From IMG/VR virus record IMGVR_UViG_3300005841_000939: 64,000 nucleotides of DNA, one strand, 5' to 3'. Shown in pieces: positions 9,042 through 19,094 of this stretch. Each line of letters begins with the position of its first letter. Position 1 is the stretch's first letter. The position numbers and the translations under genes were made by a program. The notes beneath the pieces were generated by a model, which was not told the DNA's origin, did no database searches, and was given only the letters and a program-made list of their open reading frames with translations. This DNA comes from a virus. Lineage: Duplodnaviria; Caudoviricetes.

Positions 9042-10845
9042 CTTGCTTGCATTCTTGAATTTGATCTAACTTAGTAAATCCACCCTCTTTTTTCAAGTGG
9101 ACAATAGTATTAAAATTATCCTCAGAAATTTCTTTCTTGTGAGTGATAACATATGTTGCCAGTTCAGGATCCATTGTCTTAAAGTCTGATTTCAAGAATG
9201 TCATCAATGAGTAGATGCCATCTGAGCACATAGAGCTATCACAAACTTCATCCAAGAACAAAATATTGCAATCAACACTACTTTGTGACTTAGCAATAGA
9301 AATGATGCTAAACATAAAGGCTAAATCAATTCTCTTCTGTTCTCCACTTGAAAAGTTGCTGTAACCAAATTCTTCGCCACGTTTGGTTTTGAAAACTTCT
9401 TCAAGATCATGATTAAATGAAATTTTGTAATTAGCACCAAAATGAGAAAGATATTCATTCATCTTTTTATTGATGACCGGAATTATTTTTTTAATAACCC
9501 AAGTCTTAATGCCATTATCGCCAAATACATCTTTTAAGAAATCATTATATTTTAAAGAATTTTCAGAAGCTGCTACCTCAGCAATTTTTTCATCAAGAAT
9601 TACCTTAGCTTTATCAATCATTTCTTGTGTGATTGTCTGTTTGAATGATGCTGTTTTTACATTTTCTTTGTTAAAAGAGTCGTTTAAAGATTCCAATCTT
9701 TCTTCTAAACGAGACAAGTCTTTTTTAAACTCTCTTTGAAGGCTAATAGTGTTACTTATTTTATTAAGTTTTTCTTGAACTTCTTTTTGTTTCTCTTTAA
9801 AACCGAGAATCTTCTGAGCGATTTCTTTATTTTGTGTAAGTAATTCTTCTTTTCTTGCTTCCAGATCAGATAAATGCTTTTTTGCATGATCGCCATCGGT
9901 TGGACTATTGCATGAAGGGCATATTGGATTATCAAGAAGAGTGCGAATCTTTTGAGGAATTGACTGTACTTCAGTTTGACCTAAATCAAATTTAGCTTTA
10001 TATTTTGCAATAGCTTCTAATATTTTATCTTTCATTTCTTCAAGCTTTGCGTGCTTTTCAGAATAATCAATATCACATATTTGTTCAGCTTTCTCTTCAA
10101 TAGCTTTTTTTGTTGTTTCTATTTGTTTAAGGATTGATGCTTTCGCAGCTTCGTGATCAATGTGCCACTTCTTGATCATATCAGCATATGACTCAAACAT
10201 AGAAACTTGCTGATTGTAGTTTTCTCTTATTAACTTCAATTCAGCAGATGAAATCTTTAATAGACTTCTACTTTCATTGTAATCCTTACGAGAAATATCT
10301 AACATCTTGCCATATATGCATAAATTGTTGATGTCTTCAAATAATGACCGCTTTGATGCAATAGGCATTTTAAAGAATGGAATACTATAATTAATATTAA
10401 CCGCAATTATGTATTTAAATGTAGTAAATGAAATACCAATCAAATTTTGAATAACTTGTTGATCTTCACGTTTACTTGAACGTTCTTCATCTTGATGATC
10501 TTTTTTCTTTGCTACTGAAAGATCAATTAATCTGACATAACCAGGTTTCAATCCTCGTTCAATAGCATAATCTTTGTTATTAATTGAGAATGTTAGTCTA
10601 ACTTCACATTCATGTTCATTAACTGAATTGACTATCTTATCATTATTTAATTCTCGTAGAGTCTTCCCATATAATGCCCAAACAATAGCCTCACAAATAG
10701 TAGATTTTCCTACACCATTTGATGTGGTTTGGCCAATAACCTTACCCATAATGGCGTGTAGACCAGTCGTAAAGTTTAAAATAAATGGAACATTGCCAAC
10801 TGATAAGAAATTTTTAATCTCTATTGATTTGAAGTATATTTTCAT
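9028..10845 (-). CDS. gp46: Recombination endonuclease ATPase subunit (gp46/Rad50/SbcC)
   Basis: NFLSVG, NGVGKST Walker A, CPSC hook, FSSGEQKR, FLDEVCD, VITH. Confidence 0.95.
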   Translation of the reverse strand: MKIYFKSIEIKNFLSVGNVPFILNFTTGLHAIMGKVIGQTTSNGVGKSTICEAIVWALYGKTLRELNNDKIVNSVNEHECEVRLTFSINNKDYAIERGLKPGYVRLIDLSVAKKKDHQDEERSSKREDQQVIQNLIGISFTTFKYIIAVNINYSIPFFKMPIASKRSLFEDINNLCIYGKMLDISRKDYNESRSLLKISSAELKLIRENYNQQVSMFESYADMIKKWHIDHEAAKASILKQIETTKKAIEEKAEQICDIDYSEKHAKLEEMKDKILEAIAKYKAKFDLGQTEVQSIPQKIRTLLDNPICPSCNSPTDGDHAKKHLSDLEARKEELLTQNKEIAQKILGFKEKQKEVQEKLNKISNTISLQREFKKDLSRLEERLESLNDSFNKENVKTASFKQTITQEMIDKAKVILDEKIAEVAASENSLKYNDFLKDVFGDNGIKTWVIKKIIPVINKKMNEYLSHFGANYKISFNHDLEEVFKTKRGEEFGYSNFSSGEQKRIDLAFMFSIISIAKSQSSVDCNILFLDEVCDSSMCSDGIYSLMTFLKSDFKTMDPELATYVITHKKEISEDNFNTIVHLKKEGGFTKLDQIQECKQVIQT

Positions 10846-11930
10846 TAATTTTTTAGGGATCTTAAATAAATTTGGTTAGCATATTTTATCAGTTCAGTCT
10901 TATCAAGTCCATCAGGAATATTGATTTGATCAAGAAAAGAATTTATAAACATCTGTGGATCAAAATTATGATCAGTTGTTGCAGCTTCTAGGTCTGAAGT
11001 ATCTAAAGATTCAACTGTCTCATCAAGTATTTCTAAACGACGTGTACCTATAGTATCTATTACATCTAACGCTTCAATTCTTTGTGTAGCATCAGGCGTT
11101 TCATCAAACACTAATTTGACATAATTATCCTTAGCTTTCTGCAAAAGAGACATGTCTTTATTAACTGCTGACCATTTTAAAAGAACGTGCTTAGAACAGT
11201 TCTCTGATTGAATAAATTCCATACTATTTGTTTCAGTATCCCAAATAGTTACACCTTTATCATCACCCCAATCGTTCCAAGTAATTTCATATGGACATCC
11301 AAGGTATTGAATCTTATCAAATGCTCTACGTAAATGGAAGTGTCCACTAAAAGTTTGATCAAATGAATTGAATGCAGTCTGATCTAAACCCTTCTCTTCA
11401 ACAACTCCATTGACAATTTCAAATCCATTGATTTCAAAGTGTCCAAGACATAGGTTAGCAGTCTTTTTACCGGTTGTTTCAAAATCATTTACTATTTTAT
11501 TAAAGCTTTTCCAGCTTCTACTTTCTTCAACAAGCCAAGGTACTGCCAAAACTTTATAACCTTTGAAATTATATCCTTTTATTTGTGTAATTGTTTCAAC
11601 GCGATCATCAAATTTCTTAAACACATTGATAGATGCGACTTCGGTAGTTGTTTTAAAATAAATGTCATGATTGCCAGCTAAAATCTTTATTTCAAGCGTT
11701 GGCTTTGAATCAAGAAGGGCTTGCATAATATCAATTGCAATGCTTTTGACTAACACGCTTACCAATGTTCTTGAATCAAATAAGTCACCAAGAATCCAGA
11801 CAATATCAATGTCTTTTTCTTGAATTATTTTTACTACTTGATTTTTGAAAAAATCTCTCGTCTGATACAAGAAATCTTCATTATTATTTTTTACACCTAG
11901 ATGTATATCGCTTACTAGTAGAAATTTCAT
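10845..11930 (-). CDS. gp47: Recombination endonuclease nuclease subunit (gp47/Mre11/SbcD)
   Basis: SDIHLG, LGDLFD, GNHD, GHFE, SGHFH. Confidence 0.95.
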   Translation of the reverse strand: MKFLLVSDIHLGVKNNNEDFLYQTRDFFKNQVVKIIQEKDIDIVWILGDLFDSRTLVSVLVKSIAIDIMQALLDSKPTLEIKILAGNHDIYFKTTTEVASINVFKKFDDRVETITQIKGYNFKGYKVLAVPWLVEESRSWKSFNKIVNDFETTGKKTANLCLGHFEINGFEIVNGVVEEKGLDQTAFNSFDQTFSGHFHLRRAFDKIQYLGCPYEITWNDWGDDKGVTIWDTETNSMEFIQSENCSKHVLLKWSAVNKDMSLLQKAKDNYVKLVFDETPDATQRIEALDVIDTIGTRRLEILDETVESLDTSDLEAATTDHNFDPQMFINSFLDQINIPDGLDKTELIKYANQIYLRSLKN

Positions 11931-11938
11931 TTAACCAC

Positions 11939-12409
11939 TTATGGTAACAAGTGATCTTCTCTTTTCAACCAATTTTTCTCATGATAGTACTTTTCAACGT
12001 ATGCCTTCTTCATTTCAGCGTGCTTCTTTTCTTTCTTAATGACTTGAATGAAAGCGTTTTTTACGATTTGGGTGCAATATGCGAAAGCATTATCAGATTT
12101 TTCAGGTTTAAAAGATTTACTGTATTTTAATAGGAACAAAATAGCTCTACTTTTCATTTCTTCAAGATAACTATATGAAGAAAAGTTTTTCTTTGTCGCA
12201 TAATTTTCAACTAGGTCCATAAAGATTTCACCAAGACGATCAGTTGCGATACCTTTATCTTTACCATTTTTCTTCTCTGATTCAATATATTTGAGAAGTT
12301 CCTCTTTAAGCTCCTTATTATTAACGCGCTGACGCTTAACAATTTTCATCTTGCCTTTGCCACGCATACGATTTTTTTCTTCTGGTTTTGTAGCTTTGAT
12401 GTCTGTCAT
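11939..12409 (-). CDS. gp55: T4 gp55-like late sigma factor
   Basis: VNNKEL..RLGEIFMDLVENYATKKNFSSYSYLEEM..F.PEKS.NAFAYCTQIVKNAF; syntenic with 47-46. Confidence 0.85.
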   Translation of the reverse strand: MTDIKATKPEEKNRMRGKGKMKIVKRQRVNNKELKEELLKYIESEKKNGKDKGIATDRLGEIFMDLVENYATKKNFSSYSYLEEMKSRAILFLLKYSKSFKPEKSDNAFAYCTQIVKNAFIQVIKKEKKHAEMKKAYVEKYYHEKNWLKREDHLLP

Positions 12410-12457
12410 TTGTTCCCTAATTAAAATTTGTCTTAAATTATTATAATAAAAAAGACT

Positions 12458-12465
12458 TATTTATA
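12458..12465 (-). promoter_or_regulatory. TATAAATA upstream of the gp55-47-46 operon
   Basis: Exact late-promoter match about 50 nt before the gp55 ATG. Confidence 0.5.
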
Positions 12466-12482
12466 ACGGAATAGGAACTCCA

Positions 12483-13511
12483 ATGGCTGAATCAAAGAAA
12501 CTGCTTAACTTTCCCTCAGATAAGAATGGGTGTGGTTTCTATCGCACAATTATCCCTTTGGGATATTTGAGTGCAAAACTTGAATGGGATACAACATTTA
12601 TGTATCAATTCGTTTTTGATTTAAATCTTGTTCGCATGTCAGATTGGATCAGATTTCAACGTCAATGTACTGATAATCAAATGCGTTGTATTTGGGAATA
12701 CCGTAATTGTATTGATAAGACAGGTGGAAAATCTAGATTAGCATATGAATTAGATGACTTGGTACATGGAATTGAACCGCATAACGTTTTAGCTTACCAA
12801 TTCTATACACCAAAACGTAGAGAAAATGTTGTCAACATCATGAAAATGTCTAATGTTGTAACCTTTTCAACTCCATTTTTGAAGGATTTTTATCAACAAA
12901 ATTTTGGTATTAATCATTCAGTTGTAATTCCAAACTTTTTGCCAAAGTTCTTATGGAATCCTACATTTACTGATAAATCAGTGGGTGGTAAAAAGCCAAC
13001 TGTAGTTTGGGCTGGATCCGCATCGCATTGTGGTCCTGGTGGCGACTTAGAATTCATGATTCCTATGATTGAAGCAACCGTTGATGAATTTGATTGGCTG
13101 TTTATTGGCGTTGTACCTGAAAAGTTGAAAGGTAAAGTTCGCTTTATGCCATGGGTCAACTTTTGGGAATATCCAAGCATGATGCAAACCGTTCGTGCTG
13201 ACTGCGCTATTGCTCCAATTACAGACACAATTTTTAATATGGCTAAGAGTGATCTTAAATATAAAGAATTCGCTGCAATGAATATTCCTATCATTTGTTC
13301 AAGTATTGGAAATGGTAAAGGTCCATATGATTTGGCAAATGCTCCTTTGCTTGTTCAAAATGATCCTGATGCGTTTTATACAAAAATCAAGGAAGTAACT
13401 GAAAATGCTGCTCTTAAAGCAGATGTTTTAGCAAAACAGAGAGCGTACGTTGAACAAAATTGGTTTGAGAATCAATCCTCAATTGACTTATATGATCAAA
13501 CTTATCGTTGA
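12483..13511 (+). CDS. GT-B glycosyltransferase (phage GCGxYR type)
   Basis: SDKNGCGFYRTIIP, YELDD, VVWAGSASH, DCAIAPI..FN.AKSDLKYKEFAAM. Confidence 0.85.
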   Translation: MAESKKLLNFPSDKNGCGFYRTIIPLGYLSAKLEWDTTFMYQFVFDLNLVRMSDWIRFQRQCTDNQMRCIWEYRNCIDKTGGKSRLAYELDDLVHGIEPHNVLAYQFYTPKRRENVVNIMKMSNVVTFSTPFLKDFYQQNFGINHSVVIPNFLPKFLWNPTFTDKSVGGKKPTVVWAGSASHCGPGGDLEFMIPMIEATVDEFDWLFIGVVPEKLKGKVRFMPWVNFWEYPSMMQTVRADCAIAPITDTIFNMAKSDLKYKEFAAMNIPIICSSIGNGKGPYDLANAPLLVQNDPDAFYTKIKEVTENAALKADVLAKQRAYVEQNWFENQSSIDLYDQTYR

Positions 13512-13535
13512 TTGATCTAAAAATCCAACTACAAT
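13508..13535 (+). promoter_or_regulatory. Promoter TTGATT-N16-TACAAT overlapping the TGA stop
   Basis: Spacer counted by hand. Confidence 0.6.
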
Positions 13536-13537
13536 TG

Positions 13538-13568
13538 AATCCAACTTTACAATAGGTTGGGTTTTTTG
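13538..13568 (+). terminator. Intrinsic terminator
   Basis: AATCCAAC-loop-GTTGGGTT followed by a T tract. Confidence 0.7.
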
Positions 13569-13570
13569 TT

Positions 13571-14956
13571 ATGCGTATTGGTTTTTTAATATCTGATCAA
13601 CATTTTGGCGTTTGTGGTGGTATAGGTCAATTCGCTAAGAGTTTTTGTGAAATGGCTATTCGCCAAGGTTGGGTTGTTGATTTTATTGTTGATAAACCAA
13701 TTAGAAAACGTGAAGGTTCATTAGAAGATACTTTTGAAGCACATCAATTTTTTTATCCAACCAAGCCATTGTCATATGGGACTCACGCAAGCTATTTCCA
13801 GTTTGGTGATTCAATAAATCAAGAAAAAATCATAAATTTCAGAGATTCGGCAGTAAATGCATTGACTCATAATATTTACAATGTCTTTGTTGTAAATACT
13901 CCTGAAGGATTACCAGCATTACATACCCTTTGGGTACATAAACATGTTCCTATTGTATATTACACTCATATTGAAAATATGGTGTTCTTTGATAGTGATC
14001 GTAACGACACATTTCTTGATTCATTTAATCAACAAGTAACCAATTGGTTTACATTGGAGGGTGTTACTGTTGGTACACAGACTGAACAAAATAGAAAAAA
14101 CATTCTAGCAAAATATCCAAAAGCACGCGTGTTATCTTTGCCAATGTTTGTTCCTGAACAAGAGCTTTTGAAAAATAAAGAAACAAAACGTGAAGGTGTG
14201 TTATTCATCGGTAGACACGAACAAAGAAAAAATCCAACATTATTCATAAAAACATTAGTTGATATTAAGAAAAAATATGGTGTTGAATTACTTGCTAAAG
14301 TAATGACACGAGGAACGCATAAAGAAAAGTGGGAAGAAGCATTTGCTGAAGCAGGACTTAAAAACTATATATTGAAATTTGATATTATTGGTAAAGAAAA
14401 AGTTGATTTCATTCAAAGCGCAAAGGTAGCATTCCATCCTTCATTAAGAGAAAGTTTCGGATTTAGTGCCTTTGAAACTCTGCATTCATGCCGAACTATA
14501 TTGATTGAAGAGTTTGCTTGGTGGGAAAATTTTAAAGATTGGCCTAACTTGACTGTTTCTACCAAAGAAAAGGTAGTAGATGATGTTTTTACTCTTTATA
14601 ATTTAGATGCATATGATGCAGAAGAAATTAACAAATATTCAAAAAAAGTATATGACAATACACGATTGGAATGGGGTATGTTTTTTGAAGGTATTTTCAT
14701 GCAAGAAATACTCAATGAATCAGCAAACACATATATGGGAAGAAAAAATCAATTAACTGAATTGATGGATAATAACGATCAAATTAAAGTTTCGGAATAT
14801 TATGCAAATGGATTCCGACAAGATTTATTTGATAAGCTCATGCAGACAAGCAAGAAAAAATATAAGATATTCAATAAAAAAGGATATACTATATTATCAA
14901 ATAAAGACGCGATACGGTATGAAAATAATAATTCAATAACAGATTTGTTTTCTTAA
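13571..14956 (+). CDS. GT4-like glycosyltransferase
   Basis: GGIGQF, LFIGRHEQRKNP, PSLRESFGFSAFETL. Confidence 0.85.
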   Translation: MRIGFLISDQHFGVCGGIGQFAKSFCEMAIRQGWVVDFIVDKPIRKREGSLEDTFEAHQFFYPTKPLSYGTHASYFQFGDSINQEKIINFRDSAVNALTHNIYNVFVVNTPEGLPALHTLWVHKHVPIVYYTHIENMVFFDSDRNDTFLDSFNQQVTNWFTLEGVTVGTQTEQNRKNILAKYPKARVLSLPMFVPEQELLKNKETKREGVLFIGRHEQRKNPTLFIKTLVDIKKKYGVELLAKVMTRGTHKEKWEEAFAEAGLKNYILKFDIIGKEKVDFIQSAKVAFHPSLRESFGFSAFETLHSCRTILIEEFAWWENFKDWPNLTVSTKEKVVDDVFTLYNLDAYDAEEINKYSKKVYDNTRLEWGMFFEGIFMQEILNESANTYMGRKNQLTELMDNNDQIKVSEYYANGFRQDLFDKLMQTSKKKYKIFNKKGYTILSNKDAIRYENNNSITDLFS

Positions 14957-14959
14957 TTC

Positions 14960-14987
14960 TTGACGTGGAATTACAACAATTTAGAAT
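14960..14987 (+). promoter_or_regulatory. Promoter TTGACG-N16-TAGAAT, 9 nt before the folE ATG
   Basis: Spacer counted by hand. Confidence 0.7.
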
Positions 14988-14996
14988 GGATAACAT

Positions 14997-15620
14997 ATGA
15001 CGAAAATTAAAGCAAATGGTAATCAGCCTCTTACTGAAAAAGAATTGGCCAAAAAACAAAAGAAAATGGAAAAGGTCTTTCAAGACTTCTTTAAAGTTCT
15101 TGATTTTGATACAGAAAATGATCCTAATATTAAAGAGTCTTCACAACGCATGGCAAAAATGTGGGTTAGAGAACTCCTTGAAGGTAATTTCTCCGAAGAA
15201 CCAAAAATAACTACTTTTCCAAATCAACAAAACACAGACCAAATGATTATTTCTGGTCCTATCAAGGTTGATTCTGTATGTAGCCACCATGGAATTACAA
15301 TTGCCGGTTCATGCTATATCGCATACATTCCAGGTGACGAAGTTATTGGAATTTCAAAATTCTCAAGAATAGTTCGTTTCTTTAGTCGTCGTATGCAAAT
15401 TCAAGAAGAAATGACACAACAAATTTCTGATTACATACAAAACTTGATGAAGCCTAAGGGAATTATAGTGTTCATGAAGTGTCGTCACTTTTGCGAAATT
15501 GCCCGTGGTGTTAGAGAAGAAAATATCTGGATGACTACTTCATCCGTACAAGGTGTTTTTAAAGAAAACGCATCAGCAAGACAGGAATTCTTTAACTTGA
15601 TTAATGTAGGTAACAAGTAA
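14997..15620 (+). CDS. folE: GTP cyclohydrolase I
   Basis: RMAKMW, SVCSHH, IAYIP..IGISKFSRIVRFFSRRMQIQEEMT, HFCEIARG. Confidence 0.95.
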   Translation: MTKIKANGNQPLTEKELAKKQKKMEKVFQDFFKVLDFDTENDPNIKESSQRMAKMWVRELLEGNFSEEPKITTFPNQQNTDQMIISGPIKVDSVCSHHGITIAGSCYIAYIPGDEVIGISKFSRIVRFFSRRMQIQEEMTQQISDYIQNLMKPKGIIVFMKCRHFCEIARGVREENIWMTTSSVQGVFKENASARQEFFNLINVGNK

Positions 15621-15624
15621 TACA

Positions 15625-16926
15625 ATGGAATACCAATCAGATTTCATTTTTTTCCCTGCCATTTCAATTGCGACACATACGCAAATCATGAAGGCAGATT
15701 TCAAAGTTAAGGGTAAATCTCCAAGATTTTACTTAAATAGTCTTACAGATGATAAGAAGCTATTTAATCATCCTTATATTTTGACATCAGCAGCGCACAA
15801 CTTCAAGAATATAAATTTCATGAAGGATATTGGTGTTAATGATGTGAATAAAGATGTAAATCTGATTTTTGGTGACTCGGGTGGATTCCAAATCAAGACT
15901 GGAGTAATCAAAGATACACCAGAAATAAAGGATAAACTTTATACATGGATGGAAAACAATGTAACAATGGCACCAATCATTGATCATCCACCTACATATA
16001 ATGGAGATAAAGTATCAGAAAAAGATTTTGATGAATATTTGAATAAAACAAAAGAAAATATTGAATATCTTCAAAAGCGTCCAACAAAAAACAAGATTAA
16101 TTGGTTGAATGTTACCCAGGGCGTTCTTTATGAAGACCGTAAGAAGTGGTACGATGCTGTAAAGGACTATAACTTAGATGGTTGGGCTATGGGATCTTTA
16201 AGAAAAGATGCCAGAGTAATTCTAAATGCATTTGCTGTGTTCTTAGAAGGTGGTGAACTGGAAAAGAAAGATAGATGTAAACACATTCACTTCTTTGGTA
16301 TCACTGCAACCAAATACATGCCATTGATGATTTACATCAAGCATAAAATGCATCAAGCTGGATACAAAATTAACGTATCAATGGATAGTTCCTACGCAAC
16401 ACAAAATGGTGGTTGGGGAAAATTCCTATTCTCGCATAACGATTTTGAAGCCATAAATTCAATTGATAATAAAGAGTCATATTTGAGTTCAGAAAAATCA
16501 AAAGGATTCCTATCTTACCATTTGAGTAACAGACTTATTGGAAAGGTTAATGGTGATGTAAATCTTCCATGCTATTGCCCTGTATGTACTGGTATTAAAC
16601 TAAAAGATATTTTAAATGACAATGCGTTAAAAACTGTTGGTGAGTCGTATTACTATAATGTTGTTCAATCACATAACGTGTTCGTTTTAAAAGAATATGT
16701 GAATAGTCTTCAAAATATTATTTACACAAATTCATATGACCTGTACAGTAGCGCATTTAGAAGTTATGATGTATATTTGTTCAAATTAATTGATAAAATG
16801 TTTGATAATCCAAAACAAGCAAGTTATTTAATTGCAAGTGAAGGTGAAAGACTTTCAGATAGAGAAGAACAAGATAAAGCCCAAGAAAAAGAGGGTGAAG
16901 ATATGAAAAATGAGTTCTTTGAATGA
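15625..16926 (+). CDS. dpdA: TGT-family (DpdA/ArcTGT-like) 7-deazaguanine transglycosylase
   Basis: GDSGGFQ, IDHPP, VTQG, WAMGS, HIHFFG, SMDSS, Zn site LPCYCPVC..HN; adjacent to folE. Confidence 0.8.
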   Translation: MEYQSDFIFFPAISIATHTQIMKADFKVKGKSPRFYLNSLTDDKKLFNHPYILTSAAHNFKNINFMKDIGVNDVNKDVNLIFGDSGGFQIKTGVIKDTPEIKDKLYTWMENNVTMAPIIDHPPTYNGDKVSEKDFDEYLNKTKENIEYLQKRPTKNKINWLNVTQGVLYEDRKKWYDAVKDYNLDGWAMGSLRKDARVILNAFAVFLEGGELEKKDRCKHIHFFGITATKYMPLMIYIKHKMHQAGYKINVSMDSSYATQNGGWGKFLFSHNDFEAINSIDNKESYLSSEKSKGFLSYHLSNRLIGKVNGDVNLPCYCPVCTGIKLKDILNDNALKTVGESYYYNVVQSHNVFVLKEYVNSLQNIIYTNSYDLYSSAFRSYDVYLFKLIDKMFDNPKQASYLIASEGERLSDREEQDKAQEKEGEDMKNEFFE

Positions 16927-17843
16927 ATATGTTATTACATACTACAGGAAAAAGAGACATTGAAGAAATAGAGTGGTGTCCAACATTAGTTAAACCTGAT
17001 GAAATTATGATAAAAACTTGGGCATGTGGTGTATGTCGTAGCGATGTTGCTGCATATGCTGGATGGGAAAAACCAATGCCTTTTGGTCAACAAGGACATG
17101 AGGGGCTTGGGACTGTTACTGCTATTGGTTCAGATATTTTAAATGTAAAAATTGGTGATTATGTTGCAACATGGTCAGATCCTGCATATTCTGATTTTTA
17201 TAAAGCAAAAGTTGGTGAATATGTAAAAGTTCCAGAATTGAAAAAGGATTATATTCTTCAACCATCAGCATGTGCGATCAATATTGCTAGAAAGTTTTTA
17301 GCACAAGCAAGATATGGATGGCCAATTTTAATTATTGGTTCAGGATTTATGAGCTTGATTATTGGACAATACTTAAAAATACTTGGTAGAGAAGTAGTTG
17401 TGGCAGGGTCATCACATAAGTCTGAATGGGATAAAATAGGTATACCATTAACATCAGTGAATGAACTTGTTGAAAGTGGAAAGAAGTGGAAAGGTATCAT
17501 TGATTTAAGTAGTAAAGCTGAAAATTTTGATTTAATCAGTAAACATCTTGGTGATGTTGAAGCAGTTATTTGTTATGCTGCAACACCATTTACTCCTGTA
17601 ACTACAAATTTCTTTGATTCGTGCTGGAATTGTCATACATTCATCATGCCAAGTCCAAGAAATAAAGATTTCAATGACATGATGAGATTGACCGCAGAAT
17701 TAATTTCTTTAAACAGAATAACAGTTGGCAATTATTGGACGCAAGAATACAATAGATCATCTATGACCGAAGTTAAACAAGCATTTGAAGACGGAGTCAA
17801 TCGTCCAAGTGGTTATTTACGCGGCTACATTCGCTGGAACTAA
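16923..17843 (+). CDS. Zn-dependent medium-chain dehydrogenase/reductase
   Basis: CGVCRSD, GHEGLG.V..IG..V.IGD.V, IIGSGFM; structural-zinc lobe absent. Confidence 0.8.
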   Translation: MNMLLHTTGKRDIEEIEWCPTLVKPDEIMIKTWACGVCRSDVAAYAGWEKPMPFGQQGHEGLGTVTAIGSDILNVKIGDYVATWSDPAYSDFYKAKVGEYVKVPELKKDYILQPSACAINIARKFLAQARYGWPILIIGSGFMSLIIGQYLKILGREVVVAGSSHKSEWDKIGIPLTSVNELVESGKKWKGIIDLSSKAENFDLISKHLGDVEAVICYAATPFTPVTTNFFDSCWNCHTFIMPSPRNKDFNDMMRLTAELISLNRITVGNYWTQEYNRSSMTEVKQAFEDGVNRPSGYLRGYIRWN

Positions 17844-17845
17844 TT

Positions 17846-18913
17846 ATGAACGTTTATATTATGGCCCTTGAGGCAATTGAAAGTCGTTATACCTGGTATT
17901 GGGAAACAGAATTAGAAAAACGTATTAATGAATATATTAAAAACGATATAACTCTTAATGAAAAAAATATAAAAGTAATAACTTTAAAAGGTGATGATGA
18001 AGATAATGAAGTAGTAGCTACCCAAGGTGCATTTCTAAATTTCACAACAACAAATGCATGGAAAAATAGTCAGATGAATAAGCTAATTGGCTTATTTAAG
18101 AGTGGTGAAATAAAACCAAAAGATAAAATAATATTTCCTGATGCATGGCATCCTGGTATAATTCAAGTTAGATACATCAGTGAATTGACTAAAGTACCTG
18201 TATCAATTTATTCACTTTGGCATGCTGGTAGTTATGATTATCAAGATTTTTTAGGTAGAGAAATTCAAGATAAAAGTTGGGTAAGACACGCAGAAGCAGC
18301 ATTCTTTGATGCATCTGATTACAATTTATTTGCTACTAGATTTCATAAATCAATGTTTATGCAAACATTTAAATATAGAGTAAATAAGAATAAAGCGCAT
18401 ATTGTAGGATTTCCATTTCAATATATAAAAGATGTTAAGCAACCTGAAGTAATTAAAGAAAACATTATTCTGTTTCCACATAGAATAAGTTCCGAAAAAC
18501 AACCACAAGTATTTAAAGAATTGGCAAAGCGTATTCCAGAATATCAATTTATAATTTGCCAAGAAAAGAATTTATCTAAAACGCAATATGGTAATTTGCT
18601 TGCTAGATCAAAAATGGTATTCTCTGCGAATCTACAAGAGACACTTGGTATTTCATGCTATGAAGGTGCAGTAAACGGAGCATTACCCTTCGTTCCTGAT
18701 AGATTATCATATAAAGAAATGTATCCAAAATGGTGTCAGTATGAAGGATATTTAACTGGCGGTAGTTTGGAATCACGATATTTAGATATTTTATCATTTA
18801 TGGTGAAGGATATGCTCGCAAATTATGATGAACATGCAAAGAAATTGCCAAGTTTGGTGAAACGTCTAGATCGTTTCTTTACAATGGATAAAATGTTACA
18901 GGTTATATTTTAA
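17846..18913 (+). CDS. GT-B glycosyltransferase of the type found beside phage folE/queD-like genes
   Basis: LEAIESRY..W, DAWHPG, WHAGSYD.QDFL, FPHRISSEKQP, LQETLGISCYEG. Confidence 0.75.
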   Translation: MNVYIMALEAIESRYTWYWETELEKRINEYIKNDITLNEKNIKVITLKGDDEDNEVVATQGAFLNFTTTNAWKNSQMNKLIGLFKSGEIKPKDKIIFPDAWHPGIIQVRYISELTKVPVSIYSLWHAGSYDYQDFLGREIQDKSWVRHAEAAFFDASDYNLFATRFHKSMFMQTFKYRVNKNKAHIVGFPFQYIKDVKQPEVIKENIILFPHRISSEKQPQVFKELAKRIPEYQFIICQEKNLSKTQYGNLLARSKMVFSANLQETLGISCYEGAVNGALPFVPDRLSYKEMYPKWCQYEGYLTGGSLESRYLDILSFMVKDMLANYDEHAKKLPSLVKRLDRFFTMDKMLQVIF

Positions 18914-18917
18914 TAAT

Positions 18918-19094
18918 ATGAAAATAAAATATGATCTTTCTTATAAACATGTAGCTGGTGTTGGACCACTACCTCATATAACATTGGATTTGGATTTTAC
19001 TATAGAAGAAAAACCAATCTTGATGGAAGTGTTAGAAGAAATTAAAACCGCAACAATCATTAAGAGAAAAAATGAAAATAACAGTAAAAACTAG
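18918..19094 (+). CDS. Small hypothetical protein, 58 aa (not in the ORF track)
   Basis: ATG..TAG fills the gap in the operon and overlaps the next start. Confidence 0.55.
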   Translation: MKIKYDLSYKHVAGVGPLPHITLDLDFTIEEKPILMEVLEEIKTATIIKRKNENNSKN

